A stretch of DNA of 64,000 nt from the NCBI GenBank assembly GCA_963785725.1, contig CAWAWS010000016.1:352001-416000 (forward strand), in the 5' to 3' direction. The notes beneath the pieces were generated by a model. That model was given only the letters and a program-made list of their open reading frames with translations, was not told where the DNA came from and ran no database searches. Below, in pieces: positions 11,721 to 20,922 of this stretch. Both the position numbers and the translations under genes were made by a program. Position 1 is the stretch's first letter, and every line of letters begins with the position of its first letter. The stretch is from an uncultured delta proteobacterium (GTDB taxonomy: Bacteria > Myxococcota_A > Polyangia > Palsa-1104).

Positions 11721-13320
11721 ATGAGAGCCGGAATGATGGACGTGCCGCTGACCATCGAGCGCGTCCTCGAACGCGCCAGCGGATTCGGCGCCATCGAGGT
11801 CGTGTCGCGCCGGCCGGACAAGTCGCTGCATCGCACGACTTACGCGCACGTCGTCGAGCGCTCGCGGCGCCTTGCGCGCGCGCTGGTCGCGGCCGGGATT
11901 CGTCCCGGCGATCGCGTGGCGACACTGATGTGGAATCACGCCGCGCACCTCGAGGCCTACTTGGGCGTGCCGCTGGCGGGCGCGGTCATTCACACGCTCA
12001 ATCTGCGACTGCACCCCGACGACATCGCGTTCATCGCGTCCGATGCCGCCGATCGCTGGCTGCTCGTCGACGAATGTCTTTTGCCGCTCCTGGAGAAATT
12101 TCGCGAGCGGGCGCCGTTCGAGCGCATCTTCGTCGTCGCTGCCACCACGCCGCCGCCGGCGTCGCTCGAGGACTACGAGGCGCTCCTCGCCGGCGCGCCC
12201 GACGTCGCGCTGCCGACGCTGACCGAGCTGCAGCCGCTCGGCATGTGCTACACGAGCGGCACGACGGGGCGCCCCAAAGGCGTCGTCTACACCCATCGCT
12301 CGACGATTCTGCACACGCTCATCACCGCTCTGCCGGACGCGCTCGGCATCTCGCGCGCCGACACGCTGCTGCCGGTGGTGCCGATGTTTCACGTCAACGC
12401 GTGGGGTCTGCCGTATGTCGCGGCGCTCGTCGGGGCCAAGCAGGTCTATCCGGGACCGCACCTCGATCCGGTCAGCGTGCTCGACTTGATGGCCGGCGAA
12501 CAGGTGACGATCGCGGCCGGCGTGCCGACGATGTGGATGGGCATTCGCGACGCGCTCGACGCCCAGCCCGGACATTGGCGAGCTGCGCCCCGGGATTCGC
12601 ATGGTCGTCGGCGGATCGGCGGCGCCGGAGCAGCTCATTCGCGACTTCGATCGGCAGGGCCTGACGCTGTTGCACGCCTGGGGAATGACCGAGACGTCGC
12701 CGATCGGCACCGTGTCGCGGCTGCCGCCGGAGATGGCGGCGCTCGACGAGGATGAGCGCTATCGGCTACGCGGCAAGCAGGGATCGGCGGTGCCGTTCGT
12801 CGAGCTGCGCGTGCGCAACGAGGCCGGCGACGTCGCGGCCGACGGCAAGACCTCGGGCGAGCTGCAGGTGCGCGGGCCGTGGATCGCCAGCCGTTACCAC
12901 AACGACCAGGATCCCGAGCGCTGGACCGCTGACGGCTTCTTTCGCACCGGCGACGTCGCCAACATCGATCGCCACGGCTTCGTGCAGCTCGTCGATCGCA
13001 CCGCCGATCTCATCAAGTCCGGCGGCGAGTGGATCGCCTCGGTGGAGCTGGAGAACGCGCTCATGGGTCATCCGGCCGTGCGCGAGGCGGCGGTCGTGGG
13101 CGCGCCGCATCCGCGCTGGAGCGAGCGGCCCATCGCCGCCGTCGTCTTGAAGGCGGGCGCCAGCGCCAGCGACGAGGAGCTGCGCGCCTTCTTGGGCGCG
13201 AAGTTCGCCAAATATTGGCTCCCCGACGCGTTCGTCTTCATGGACGCGATCCCCCGAACGAGCGCCGGCAAGTTCAAGAAGACCGAGCTGCGCGAGCGCT
13301 TCAAAGACTGGAAGTGGTGA
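11721..13320 (+). CDS. Long-chain fatty-acid--CoA ligase (split by a +1 indel near 12580)
   Basis: [11 protein letters not shown] in the first frame; [19 protein letters not shown] and PRTSAGK in the second. Removing one base at ...CATTGGCGAGCTGCGC... joins the frames. Confidence 0.88.
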
Positions 13321-13334
13321 GGATGGAAGGATCG

Positions 13335-14129
13335 ATGAACGAGCAGGCGAGAGAGCACATCGAAGCGCGCAGCGAGGGCGGCGTGCGCGTGATTACGCTG
13401 GCGCGGCCGGAGAAGAAGAACGCGTTTACGTTCGCCATGTACGACGCGCTGGCGCGGGCGTTGGCGCGCGCCGACGCCGATGACGACGTGCGCGTCGTGC
13501 TCATCGAGGGCGCCGGCGGCGTGTTCACGGCCGGAAATGACCTCGGCGACTTCTTGCAACTGAGCGGCGGCGGCGGACGAACGGCGCCGGGCGGCGATGT
13601 GGCGGGCGACGGCGGCGCGGCCATTCGCGTGCTGCTGCAGCTCGTCGACCAGCAGAAGCCGATCGTCTGCGCGGTCGACGGCGCGGCCATCGGCATCGGC
13701 ACGACGATGTTGCTGCACGCCGACTACGTGGCGGCGTCGACGCGCGCGCGCTTTGCGTTGCCGTTCGTCAATCTGGGGCTGTCGCCCGAGGGCGGATCGA
13801 GCTTGCTGTTGCCGATGCTGGTCGGGCTGCAGCGGGCGTCGGAGTGGCTGTTGTTCGGCGAGCCGTTCGACGCGGCGCGGGCGAAGGAGGCCGGGTTGGT
13901 CAATGAGATCGTCGAGCCGGAGGCGCTGGGCGAGCGGGCGTTGGCGCGCGCGCGGGCGTTGGCGGAGCGGCCGGTGGCGTCGTTGACGGCGGCGAAGCGG
14001 CTCTTGCGTGAGCCCTTGCGCGCGCAGGTAAAGGCGACGATCGAGCGCGAATGGCACGTATTCATCGAGCGGCTGGCCTCGCCGGAAGCCGCGCAAGCCA
14101 TGCAGGCATTCCTGCAGAAACGGCGCTGA
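13335..14129 (+). CDS. Enoyl-CoA hydratase/isomerase (crotonase) family protein
   Basis: RPEKKNA, FTAGNDL, KPIVCAVDGAAIGIG and PFVNLGLSPEGG. Directly follows the CoA ligase. Confidence 0.9.
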   Translation: MNEQAREHIEARSEGGVRVITLARPEKKNAFTFAMYDALARALARADADDDVRVVLIEGAGGVFTAGNDLGDFLQLSGGGGRTAPGGDVAGDGGAAIRVLLQLVDQQKPIVCAVDGAAIGIGTTMLLHADYVAASTRARFALPFVNLGLSPEGGSSLLLPMLVGLQRASEWLLFGEPFDAARAKEAGLVNEIVEPEALGERALARARALAERPVASLTAAKRLLREPLRAQVKATIEREWHVFIERLASPEAAQAMQAFLQKRR

Positions 14130-14297
14130 CGCACGCCGATGCGCTCACCGGCGTCTCGCATCACATCGACCATCGCCTCGGCCAAGTAATAGAACTATCA
14201 CCAGCAACTCCGACATCACGGCGACAACGTCGACACATAGCGACAGAAAATCACACTGCTTCGCAAATCGCGGCAGCCACGGCATTCGACGCCATCG

Positions 14298-14510
14298 ACC
14301 AATAGAAATATCACTATCACTTCGCCAGCTTCGCGCCGACGCGACCCGAGCCACAAACGCCAGTGATAGAAATATTACTATCACTTCGCCAGCTTCGGAC
14401 CGACACGACCCGAGCCGAAACGCCAGTGATAGAAATATTACTATCACTTCGCCAGCTTGCTGACACGCCTGGAGTCAATTGACACTGGTGATAGAAATAT
14501 TACTATCACT
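14298..14510. repeat. Array of palindromic 24-bp AT-rich elements at 62-64 bp period
   Basis: AGTGATAG-AAATATTA-CTATCACT exact at 14362-14385 and 14425-14448, one mismatch at 14487-14510, degenerate at 14298-14321, traces near 14185 and 14239. Three copies are followed by TCGCCAGCTT. Confidence 0.9.
14479..14510 (+). promoter_or_regulatory. Sigma70 promoter overlapped by a probable TetR operator
   Basis: TTGACA (14479-14484)-N16-TACTAT (14501-14506), with the palindrome at 14487-14510 covering the spacer and -10. GTG at 14514 would give a leaderless mRNA for the hydrolase-TetR operon. Confidence 0.65.
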
Positions 14511-14513
14511 TTC

Positions 14514-15479
14514 GTGGGCGAGGACGAGCGTAGCCTCCGAGCAGCATGCGGAGTCGTCCGCGGACATCGTTCCGTCGTCGTTGACGGCGTCCGACTCGCT
14601 TACGAGGATTCGGGGGACGACGGTTCCGAGAGCGCCGGCAGCGCCGAGCGTGCCGACAGCTCCGAGCGTGCCGACAGCTCCGACAGTGCCGACAGCGCCG
14701 ACCGTTCCGGGCGCGCCGGCAGCCCCGACCGTCCCCCACTCGTCTGCCTGCACGCCGTCGGCCACGGCGCCGGCGACTCCGCCGCCTTTCGCGCCCGCCA
14801 CGCCCGCCACTTCCGCACCCTCGCCCTCGACTGGCCCGGCCACGGCCGCTCCGCCGCCGACTCTGCCCCACCCAGCGCCGCCCGCTACGCCGCCCTGCTC
14901 GCCGGTTTCCTCGACGCGCTCGCCCTACCGCCCGCCGTCCTCATCGGCAACTCCATCGGCGGCGCCGCCGCCGTGCGCCTCGCCGCCGCTCGCCCCGACC
15001 GCGTCCGCGCGCTCGTCCTGTGCAATCCCGGCGGCTTCACCCGCCCGAGCTTCGTCAAACGCGCCTACACCCGCGCGCTCGCCTCGATCTTCGCCCGCGG
15101 AGCCGCCCGCGCCCGCTGGTTCCCACGCTTCTGGCGCGCCTTCTGCTCCCGCGTCCTCGCCACGCCCGCCGCCGCCGAGCAGCGCGAGCGCATCATCGCC
15201 GCCGGCCCCGAGATGGCCCCGCTCTTACGCGACGCCTGGCGCAGCTTCGCCGCCCCCGACGACGCGCTGCATCGGCTGCTGCCGTCGCTCGCCTGCCCGG
15301 TCCTCGTCACGTGGTCGCTCGGCGATCCGGTGAACCCACTCTTCATCAACCGCGGCGCGATCCGCCTCTTTCGCGATGGTCGCCTCCACACGTTCGCCGG
15401 CGGACACGCGCCGTTCCTCGAAGTCCCCGACGCCTTCGACGCCGTCTTCGCCACGTTCATCCAGGAGCTCCGCCCATGA
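14514..15479 (+). CDS. Alpha/beta fold hydrolase
   Basis: DGVRLAYEDSG, LVCLH, LDWPGHGRS, GNSIGG (GxSxG) and C-terminal GGHAP. Contains an ERADSS-type repeat insertion. GTG start inferred from the promoter position. Confidence 0.85.
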   Translation: MGEDERSLRAACGVVRGHRSVVVDGVRLAYEDSGDDGSESAGSAERADSSERADSSDSADSADRSGRAGSPDRPPLVCLHAVGHGAGDSAAFRARHARHFRTLALDWPGHGRSAADSAPPSAARYAALLAGFLDALALPPAVLIGNSIGGAAAVRLAAARPDRVRALVLCNPGGFTRPSFVKRAYTRALASIFARGAARARWFPRFWRAFCSRVLATPAAAEQRERIIAAGPEMAPLLRDAWRSFAAPDDALHRLLPSLACPVLVTWSLGDPVNPLFINRGAIRLFRDGRLHTFAGGHAPFLEVPDAFDAVFATFIQELRP

Positions 15480-16060
15480 AACGCACCGCTTCGCGCCCGG
15501 TCCGCGGCACGGCCTCCGAGACCGCCGCGCGCCTCGTCGACGCCGCGCTCGTCGTCTTCAACCGCGACGGCTACTTCGGCACCGATTCCAACGCGCTGGC
15601 CCGCGCCGCCGGCTACTCGCCGGCCACCTTCTACAAGCACTTCGAGGACAAACGCGCGCTGTTCATCGCCGTCTACGCCCGCTGGGTCGACGACGAATGG
15701 CAGGAGGTCGAAGCCATCGTCAGCGACGGCGGGACGCCCATGAAGCGCGCCCGCCGCGTCGTCGCCGCCGTCGTCGCGCAGCACGAGCGCGCCCGCGGCA
15801 TGCGCGCCGCGCTGCGCGTGCTCGTGCATCAAGACGCGACGGTGCGCGCCGCGTTCGTGGCGCGCCGACGGGAACAGCTCGACCGCATGCGCACGCTCGG
15901 CGGCGGGCGCCACAGTCGCGCCGCCGACGCGCTCATCCTGTTGACGCTCGAGCGCACCTGCGACGCCATCGCCGACGGCGAGCTGGAGGCGCTCGGCGCG
16001 GCGCCCGCGGCGCTCGTGACGCTCATCGAGCGCCAGCTCGCCGACTACTTCGAGCAGTAA
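15476..16060 (+). CDS. TetR/AcrR family transcriptional regulator
   Basis: AALVVFNRDGYFGT...LARAAGYSPATFYKHFEDK HTH. ATGA overlap with the hydrolase stop. Confidence 0.9.
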   Translation: MKRTASRPVRGTASETAARLVDAALVVFNRDGYFGTDSNALARAAGYSPATFYKHFEDKRALFIAVYARWVDDEWQEVEAIVSDGGTPMKRARRVVAAVVAQHERARGMRAALRVLVHQDATVRAAFVARRREQLDRMRTLGGGRHSRAADALILLTLERTCDAIADGELEALGAAPAALVTLIERQLADYFEQ

Positions 16061-16272
16061 GCCGCCGGCCACCACTCGCCGCGCCGCCGCGGCACGACGC
16101 CAAGTCCACGGGGCGGTGCCGTCGTTGTCGCGCCTCCACGTCGCGAGGCCCTCGGCTTGACGCCGTTCCCGCTCCACGCGCTCGTTTAGGTCCACCGCCG
16201 CCACTCGCGCGCGCCCCGCCGCACGCGCTCACGCCGGCTGACGCCGCCCTCCCGCCGCGCTAAAGTCCGGCC

Positions 16273-17643
16273 GTGCCGCTCACCGCCCGCCATCGCCAGC
16301 TCGCCCAACGCGCCCTCGCCGCGCTCATCATCCTGGCCGCGGTCATCCTCTTCTGGCTCCGCCCCGCCGCGACGCCGCCCGGCTTCTTCCTCGACGAGCC
16401 TTCCATCACCCTCAACGCCGCCTGCATCGCCGCCACCGGACACGACGAATACGGCACGCGCCTACCGCTCTTCTTCCGCGCTTTCGGCGAATACAAACAG
16501 CCCGTCTACGTCTACATGCAGGCCGCGCTCTTCCTCGTCCTGCCCGCCGAGCTCCTGACGGCGCGCCTGTTCTCGATGGCGCTCGGCTTCCTCGCCGTCG
16601 CCGTCCTCCTCTGGCTCGTCGCACGCCTCGACTTCGGCGACGTCACGCGCAACCCGCTCTTCGTCGCCGTCGCCGCCTTCGTCTGCCTGCTGTCGCCGTG
16701 GCTGCTCGTCATCTCGCGCTTCCCGGTCGAATGCACGCTGGTGCCGCTCATCGTCATCCTGCAGCTCGCCTGCACCTACTTCATGCTGCGCACGGGCTCG
16801 CTGCGCTGGGCCATCCTCGACGGCGTCACCATCGGCCTCGGCGCCTACGTCTACCATTCGCTGAAGATCATCCCGCCGGTGCACTTCGCCGTCCTCGGCC
16901 TCGTCGCGCTCGTGCAGCTGCGCCGCCAGCGCCGCCCGCTCGTCGCCATCGCCGTCGCCGCCGCCACCTGCGCGCTCGTCCTCGTGCCGCTCGCGCTCGA
17001 CCTGCTCGGCGCCCGCCACTCGATGGCCCGCTACGCCGGCGTCAGCGGCCACTTCAGCCTCGACTCACTGCTGCGGCTCTTCTTCCTGCACTTCAATCCG
17101 CGCTTTTTCTTCTTCCGCGGCGACGCCAACCTGCGCCACCATTATCAATTCCTCGGCGAGCTCAACCTCGTCTTCCTCGTCCTGTGGCCCGCCGGCATCA
17201 TCGACTGCATCCTGCGCGCCCGCCGCGGCGACGTCTTCCCCGGCTATCTCCTCCTCATCACCATCGCCTGCTTCATCCCCGCCTCGCTCAGCGACGACGG
17301 CCCGCCGCACGCGCTGCGCTCCTCGGCCGCGCTCATGCCCATGCTGCTCACGTCCGCGTACGGCTTCTCGCGCCTCTGGCCCTTCATTCAGCGCGCATTT
17401 GCCGCGCAAATCATCGCCGCGCTCGTCATCGCTTTGGCGCTCACGCAAGGGATATTCGGCGTCATTCATTACCAAACGACCTATGACCAAATGAGCGCCC
17501 GTTATTGGCGCGACGAGCAGCGACTCGCCAACATTCGCGCCAATCCGCACGATATCCCGACGACGAACCACAACGACAACACGATCTTCGAGCGGCTCTA
17601 TCGCGTCACCGATCGCAAAGAGTATCGTTACTGCGGCCAATAA
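16273..17643 (+). CDS. GT-C fold membrane glycosyltransferase (PMT/ArnT-like)
   Basis: PPGFFLDE...TGHDEYG..LPLFF...YKQP after TM1; many hydrophobic segments; FFRGDANLRH and HALRS motifs. Confidence 0.75.
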   Translation: MPLTARHRQLAQRALAALIILAAVILFWLRPAATPPGFFLDEPSITLNAACIAATGHDEYGTRLPLFFRAFGEYKQPVYVYMQAALFLVLPAELLTARLFSMALGFLAVAVLLWLVARLDFGDVTRNPLFVAVAAFVCLLSPWLLVISRFPVECTLVPLIVILQLACTYFMLRTGSLRWAILDGVTIGLGAYVYHSLKIIPPVHFAVLGLVALVQLRRQRRPLVAIAVAAATCALVLVPLALDLLGARHSMARYAGVSGHFSLDSLLRLFFLHFNPRFFFFRGDANLRHHYQFLGELNLVFLVLWPAGIIDCILRARRGDVFPGYLLLITIACFIPASLSDDGPPHALRSSAALMPMLLTSAYGFSRLWPFIQRAFAAQIIAALVIALALTQGIFGVIHYQTTYDQMSARYWRDEQRLANIRANPHDIPTTNHNDNTIFERLYRVTDRKEYRYCGQ

Positions 17644-17777
17644 CCGCGCCTCATCAAACGAAAACATAAGTTTTTAACGTCATTCATATATCGTCGAGAT
17701 GGAATGATTGACGCGCGCCGGGCATACTCGACGAATGGTGCGACGACGATTCCTGCGCGCTCGCGAGGCGCGCGCGC

Positions 17778-18401
17778 ATGGCTGATTCCGCCGCGCCAGC
17801 CGTCGACGGCTGGCACATTCCGGCGCCGCTGTGGCACGAGCTGCGACACGCGTACGCCGCGCCCGGCCGCCACTATCACGACGCGCGCCACCTCGACGAG
17901 GTCCTCGCCCGCTTCGCCGACGTCGCGCGCACCATCGGCTGGCAGTCGCCGCGCGAAGTCTTACTGGCCCTACTCTATCACGACGTCGTCTACGTCACCA
18001 CGCGCCACGACAACGAAGCGGAGAGCGCCGTCGTCGCCCGCGCCGCCGTCGCCCGCTGGCTCGCCGCCGACGGCATCGACGCCGATCGCGTGGCCGCGCT
18101 CATCCTCCTCACGGCGCGCCACGGCGCGCTGACGCCCGCCGACGTCGACCGCGACGCTGCCCTCTTCGTCGACTGCGACATGAGCATCCTCGGCGCCACG
18201 CCCGCGCGCTTCGACGAATACCAGCGCGACGTCGCCCGCGAATACGCGCTCATCCCGCCCGACATCTACGCCGCCGGCCGCCGCCACTTCCTCGCGCGCG
18301 TCCTGCAAAGCGAGCGCATCTTCCTCTCCGACCACTTCCACAGCGCGCTCGACGCCGCCGCCCGCGCCAATCTCACGCGCGCGCTCGCCGCCACGCCTTA
18401 A
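17778..18401 (+). CDS. Predicted metal-dependent HD-superfamily phosphohydrolase
   Basis: Y..PGRHYH...H...LYHDVVY...DNE..SA...DCDMSILG...VAREY...GRRHFL...ARANL. Confidence 0.85.
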   Translation: MADSAAPAVDGWHIPAPLWHELRHAYAAPGRHYHDARHLDEVLARFADVARTIGWQSPREVLLALLYHDVVYVTTRHDNEAESAVVARAAVARWLAADGIDADRVAALILLTARHGALTPADVDRDAALFVDCDMSILGATPARFDEYQRDVAREYALIPPDIYAAGRRHFLARVLQSERIFLSDHFHSALDAAARANLTRALAATP

Positions 18402-18417
18402 TCGATATTAAGGAGAT

Positions 18418-18463
18418 ACTAAAGCAACCACTTCAGCATCGACACTGAAGCAACCACTTCAGT
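18418..18463. repeat. Duplicated small hairpin between convergent genes (possible terminator)
   Basis: AAGCAACCACTTCAG at 18422-18436 and 18448-18462. The second copy forms ACTGAAG-CAACCA-CTTCAGT. Confidence 0.55.
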
Positions 18464-18468
18464 ATTCG

Positions 18469-19905
18469 TCATGGGCGCAGCTTCTTCAGCATCTTTGCCG
18501 CGTTGTCGTTCTGCGGATTCAGCGCCAACGAACGCTCGTAATTGGCGATCGCCTTGTCCTTCTGTCCGTCGTTCATATAGGCCTCGGCGAGGCTGTCATA
18601 CGCGTTCGCCGACTTGCCGTGCAGCGCGACGTTGCGCTCGAACAGCGCGATCGCGTCGCCGTTGCGCTTACGATTGAGCAGGCGATAGCCGGCGAGGTTG
18701 ATGGAATCCTCGGATATCGCGCCGCTCTGCATCGCGCCGCCGTATTCCTGCAGCGCCGCCGCCAATCCGCGCTCGCGTAAGACGCGATTGAGCTGCATCG
18801 CCGGCGAATCATAGTGGTCGTATTTCAGCCACGCGAATGCCGGCTGCTCGCCGCCCATCGCCAAATCGACGATATCGGGCGCGATCGATAATCCATTCTC
18901 GCTATTGTCGAACATCACGAAGCCCGAGCGCGTCTTGGGATCGAGGACGACGAACGCCTTGAAGACGCCGTTATCGCCCCAATGCCATAACAAATCGCCT
19001 TTCGCCGTCCGTTCGATACCCCAGCCCAAACCCCAAAATAGATTCTTCGACAAGGCCTTCGGAGCTCGATCCGTACAGTTCGTGCACTCGGGATCGACGG
19101 CGATCTGCGCCGTCTCCATCTCGCGCAGCGTCGTCGGCTTCAACCCAACGCCGTCGAGGATCGCCACCAGAAAGCGCGCATAATCCTGCGCCGTCGTATT
19201 CAAGCTGGCCGCGGCGATCTCCTTCGTCGCCTTGAACGGTGGCTGCGGCTGGCCGTCGCCGTCATGGCCAGTCGCCAGGTGCGACTCGTTCTCGGCGTGC
19301 CACAGATAGCTCGAGCGCGTCATTCCCAAAGGCGTAAACACCAGCTCTTTCATGACCGTGTCGAGCGGCTTACCGGTTATCCGCTCGACGACACGCTGCA
19401 AATAAACGATTCCTTCACCGGAATAACTAAAGCGTTCGCCGGGATTGAACTTGATGAGCAAGGGACCGCCGTCGGGGCGCCAATTGGGAAAGCCGCTGCG
19501 ATGGCTGAGCACGATGCGCGCGGTAATCGCATTCAAGCGCGCGTCGCCGTCGATATAGGGCTGCGGCAGATACGTCGTCAGCGGCACATCGAGCCCGAGC
19601 TTGCCTTGATCGACGAGCTTCAAGACGGCATAAGTAAACAGCGGTTTACTTAGCGATCCGGCCGAGAAGATCGTCTCGTCGTCGACGCGCTGACCGGTTC
19701 GCACGTCCTTGACGCCGAACGCATGCAGCCAGCGCAGCCGACCGTGCTCGAGGAGCGCGATCGACAAGCCGGGCACGGTCGCCAGCTTCATGAGCTCGGG
19801 GATTCGCGCCTGCAGTCGCGCGATCCGCGCCGTTTCGTCGGCGCGCGAATCGGCGCGCGCCGTATGCAGTGACAGGATTACGGCCATGACCACGCTCAGG
19901 CGCAT
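18469..19905 (-). CDS. Secreted serine hydrolase (beta-lactamase/PBP class C-like) with C-terminal TPR
   Basis: Signal peptide MRLSVVMAVILSLHTARA; SLSK (SxxK), LSHRSG, FSYSG and WHWGDN motifs; TPR tail NAYDSLAEAY...AIANYERSLALNP. Start at 19905 or 19914. Confidence 0.85.
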   Translation of the reverse strand: MRLSVVMAVILSLHTARADSRADETARIARLQARIPELMKLATVPGLSIALLEHGRLRWLHAFGVKDVRTGQRVDDETIFSAGSLSKPLFTYAVLKLVDQGKLGLDVPLTTYLPQPYIDGDARLNAITARIVLSHRSGFPNWRPDGGPLLIKFNPGERFSYSGEGIVYLQRVVERITGKPLDTVMKELVFTPLGMTRSSYLWHAENESHLATGHDGDGQPQPPFKATKEIAAASLNTTAQDYARFLVAILDGVGLKPTTLREMETAQIAVDPECTNCTDRAPKALSKNLFWGLGWGIERTAKGDLLWHWGDNGVFKAFVVLDPKTRSGFVMFDNSENGLSIAPDIVDLAMGGEQPAFAWLKYDHYDSPAMQLNRVLRERGLAAALQEYGGAMQSGAISEDSINLAGYRLLNRKRNGDAIALFERNVALHGKSANAYDSLAEAYMNDGQKDKAIANYERSLALNPQNDNAAKMLKKLRP

Positions 19906-19967
19906 CGGCAGCATCCTTGGACGTGACGAATGGGCGTGGCTGGTTTCAGACGATCGTCGCGATCGCG

Positions 19968-20429
19968 TCAGGTTTCGCCGTCGAAGCGCGTCATATACGT
20001 GGCCGCGTGGTCTTCGTCGTCGCTGAAGCCGCAGGCGCGATAGAACGCGACGGCGCCGGGATTGTCGGCCAGCACCCACACTTCGACGACGTGGTGCGCC
20101 GCCATCCACGCGTTCATCGCGGCGACGAGCGCGCGGCCGACGCCGTGCCGTCGCTGCGCCTGGCGCACGCCGATCTCGTACAGCAAGAGCTCGGCCGGCT
20201 GGTCGCGACGACGCACGATCTGACACGACAGGAAGCCGAGGACGTCGCCACCCGACTCGGCGATCCAGAAGAGCACATTGGGATCACCGAGGAACGCGCG
20301 CGCCGCCGCCGTCGGCAAGGGCACGCTGGGCGCGCTGCGATCGTCGAGATCGAAGTCGGGCTCGTCACGGGCCAACAGCCCGAGGATGGCTTCGTCGTCA
20401 GGCCCGATGCGGCGAACGGCAACCGGCAT
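19968..20429 (-). CDS. GNAT family N-acetyltransferase
   Basis: LLYEIGV...RRHGVGRAL...VWVLA.N..AVAFYRACGF. Confidence 0.85.
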   Translation of the reverse strand: MPVAVRRIGPDDEAILGLLARDEPDFDLDDRSAPSVPLPTAAARAFLGDPNVLFWIAESGGDVLGFLSCQIVRRRDQPAELLLYEIGVRQAQRRHGVGRALVAAMNAWMAAHHVVEVWVLADNPGAVAFYRACGFSDDEDHAATYMTRFDGET

Positions 20430-20482
20430 GAGGGCAGCATAATACGCTTCGTCAGTCGCGTTAACTGCAGGGCCGGCGCGGG

Positions 20483-20780
20483 CTACCAGTGTTTGCGGCG
20501 CACGTCGAGCAGCCAGGCCTCGAGCGCGTCGCGGTTGGGCGCTTCGTCGGGCAGCGCGCTCGCCGCCGGCCGCGTCGGGCAGCGCGAGCGCGCGCTCGAC
20601 CTCGGCGCGCCATTTGCCGCGCAAGGGCTCGGCGTCGCCGAAGCCGTATTCGTCGAGCAGCTGCGTGACGTCGGTGACGATGTGACCCGAGCGCAGCGCG
20701 TGCAGGCGGGTCAACGCCGTGCGCAGGACGTACAAGAGCTTCTTCGCCGTCGGCTGCGCGGCCGCGTCGAAGTCGAATGC
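20483..20780 (-). pseudogene. C-terminal remnant of a predicted nucleotidyltransferase (YcgL/Nuc-transf-like)
   Basis: FDAAAQPTAKKLLYVLRTALT...RSGHIVTD...LLDEYGF in one frame, then SALPDEAPNRDALEAWLLDVRRKHW* in another. The N-terminal catalytic domain and a start codon are missing. Confidence 0.55.
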
Positions 20781-20922
20781 TCATGATGAAGCGGCGCAAA
20801 GCGTCGCGCCGAAACGGCGCAAATTAGGCCTATCACAGGCACGCGCGACGGAAAATCGCCAATGCTCACGGCGGTGCGAATGGTCACTTGAGTGCGGGCG
20901 CCTTCGGGTGTCAGATTCCGAC

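Noticed and set aside
14362..14385. Tn10 tetO site or synthetic construct
   Set aside because: It shares the TGATAG/CTATCA half-sites but in the opposite orientation with an 8-bp spacer, and there is no vector or tetA sequence.
14185..14510. CRISPR array
   Set aside because: Period and palindromic repeat look CRISPR-like, but two spacers are near copies of each other, there are no cas genes, and the last repeat sits inside a promoter.
19968..20735. 255-aa GNAT with N-terminal extension, as in the ORF track
   Set aside because: The upstream part is a frameshifted remnant of another gene; the GNAT plausibly starts at ATG 20429.
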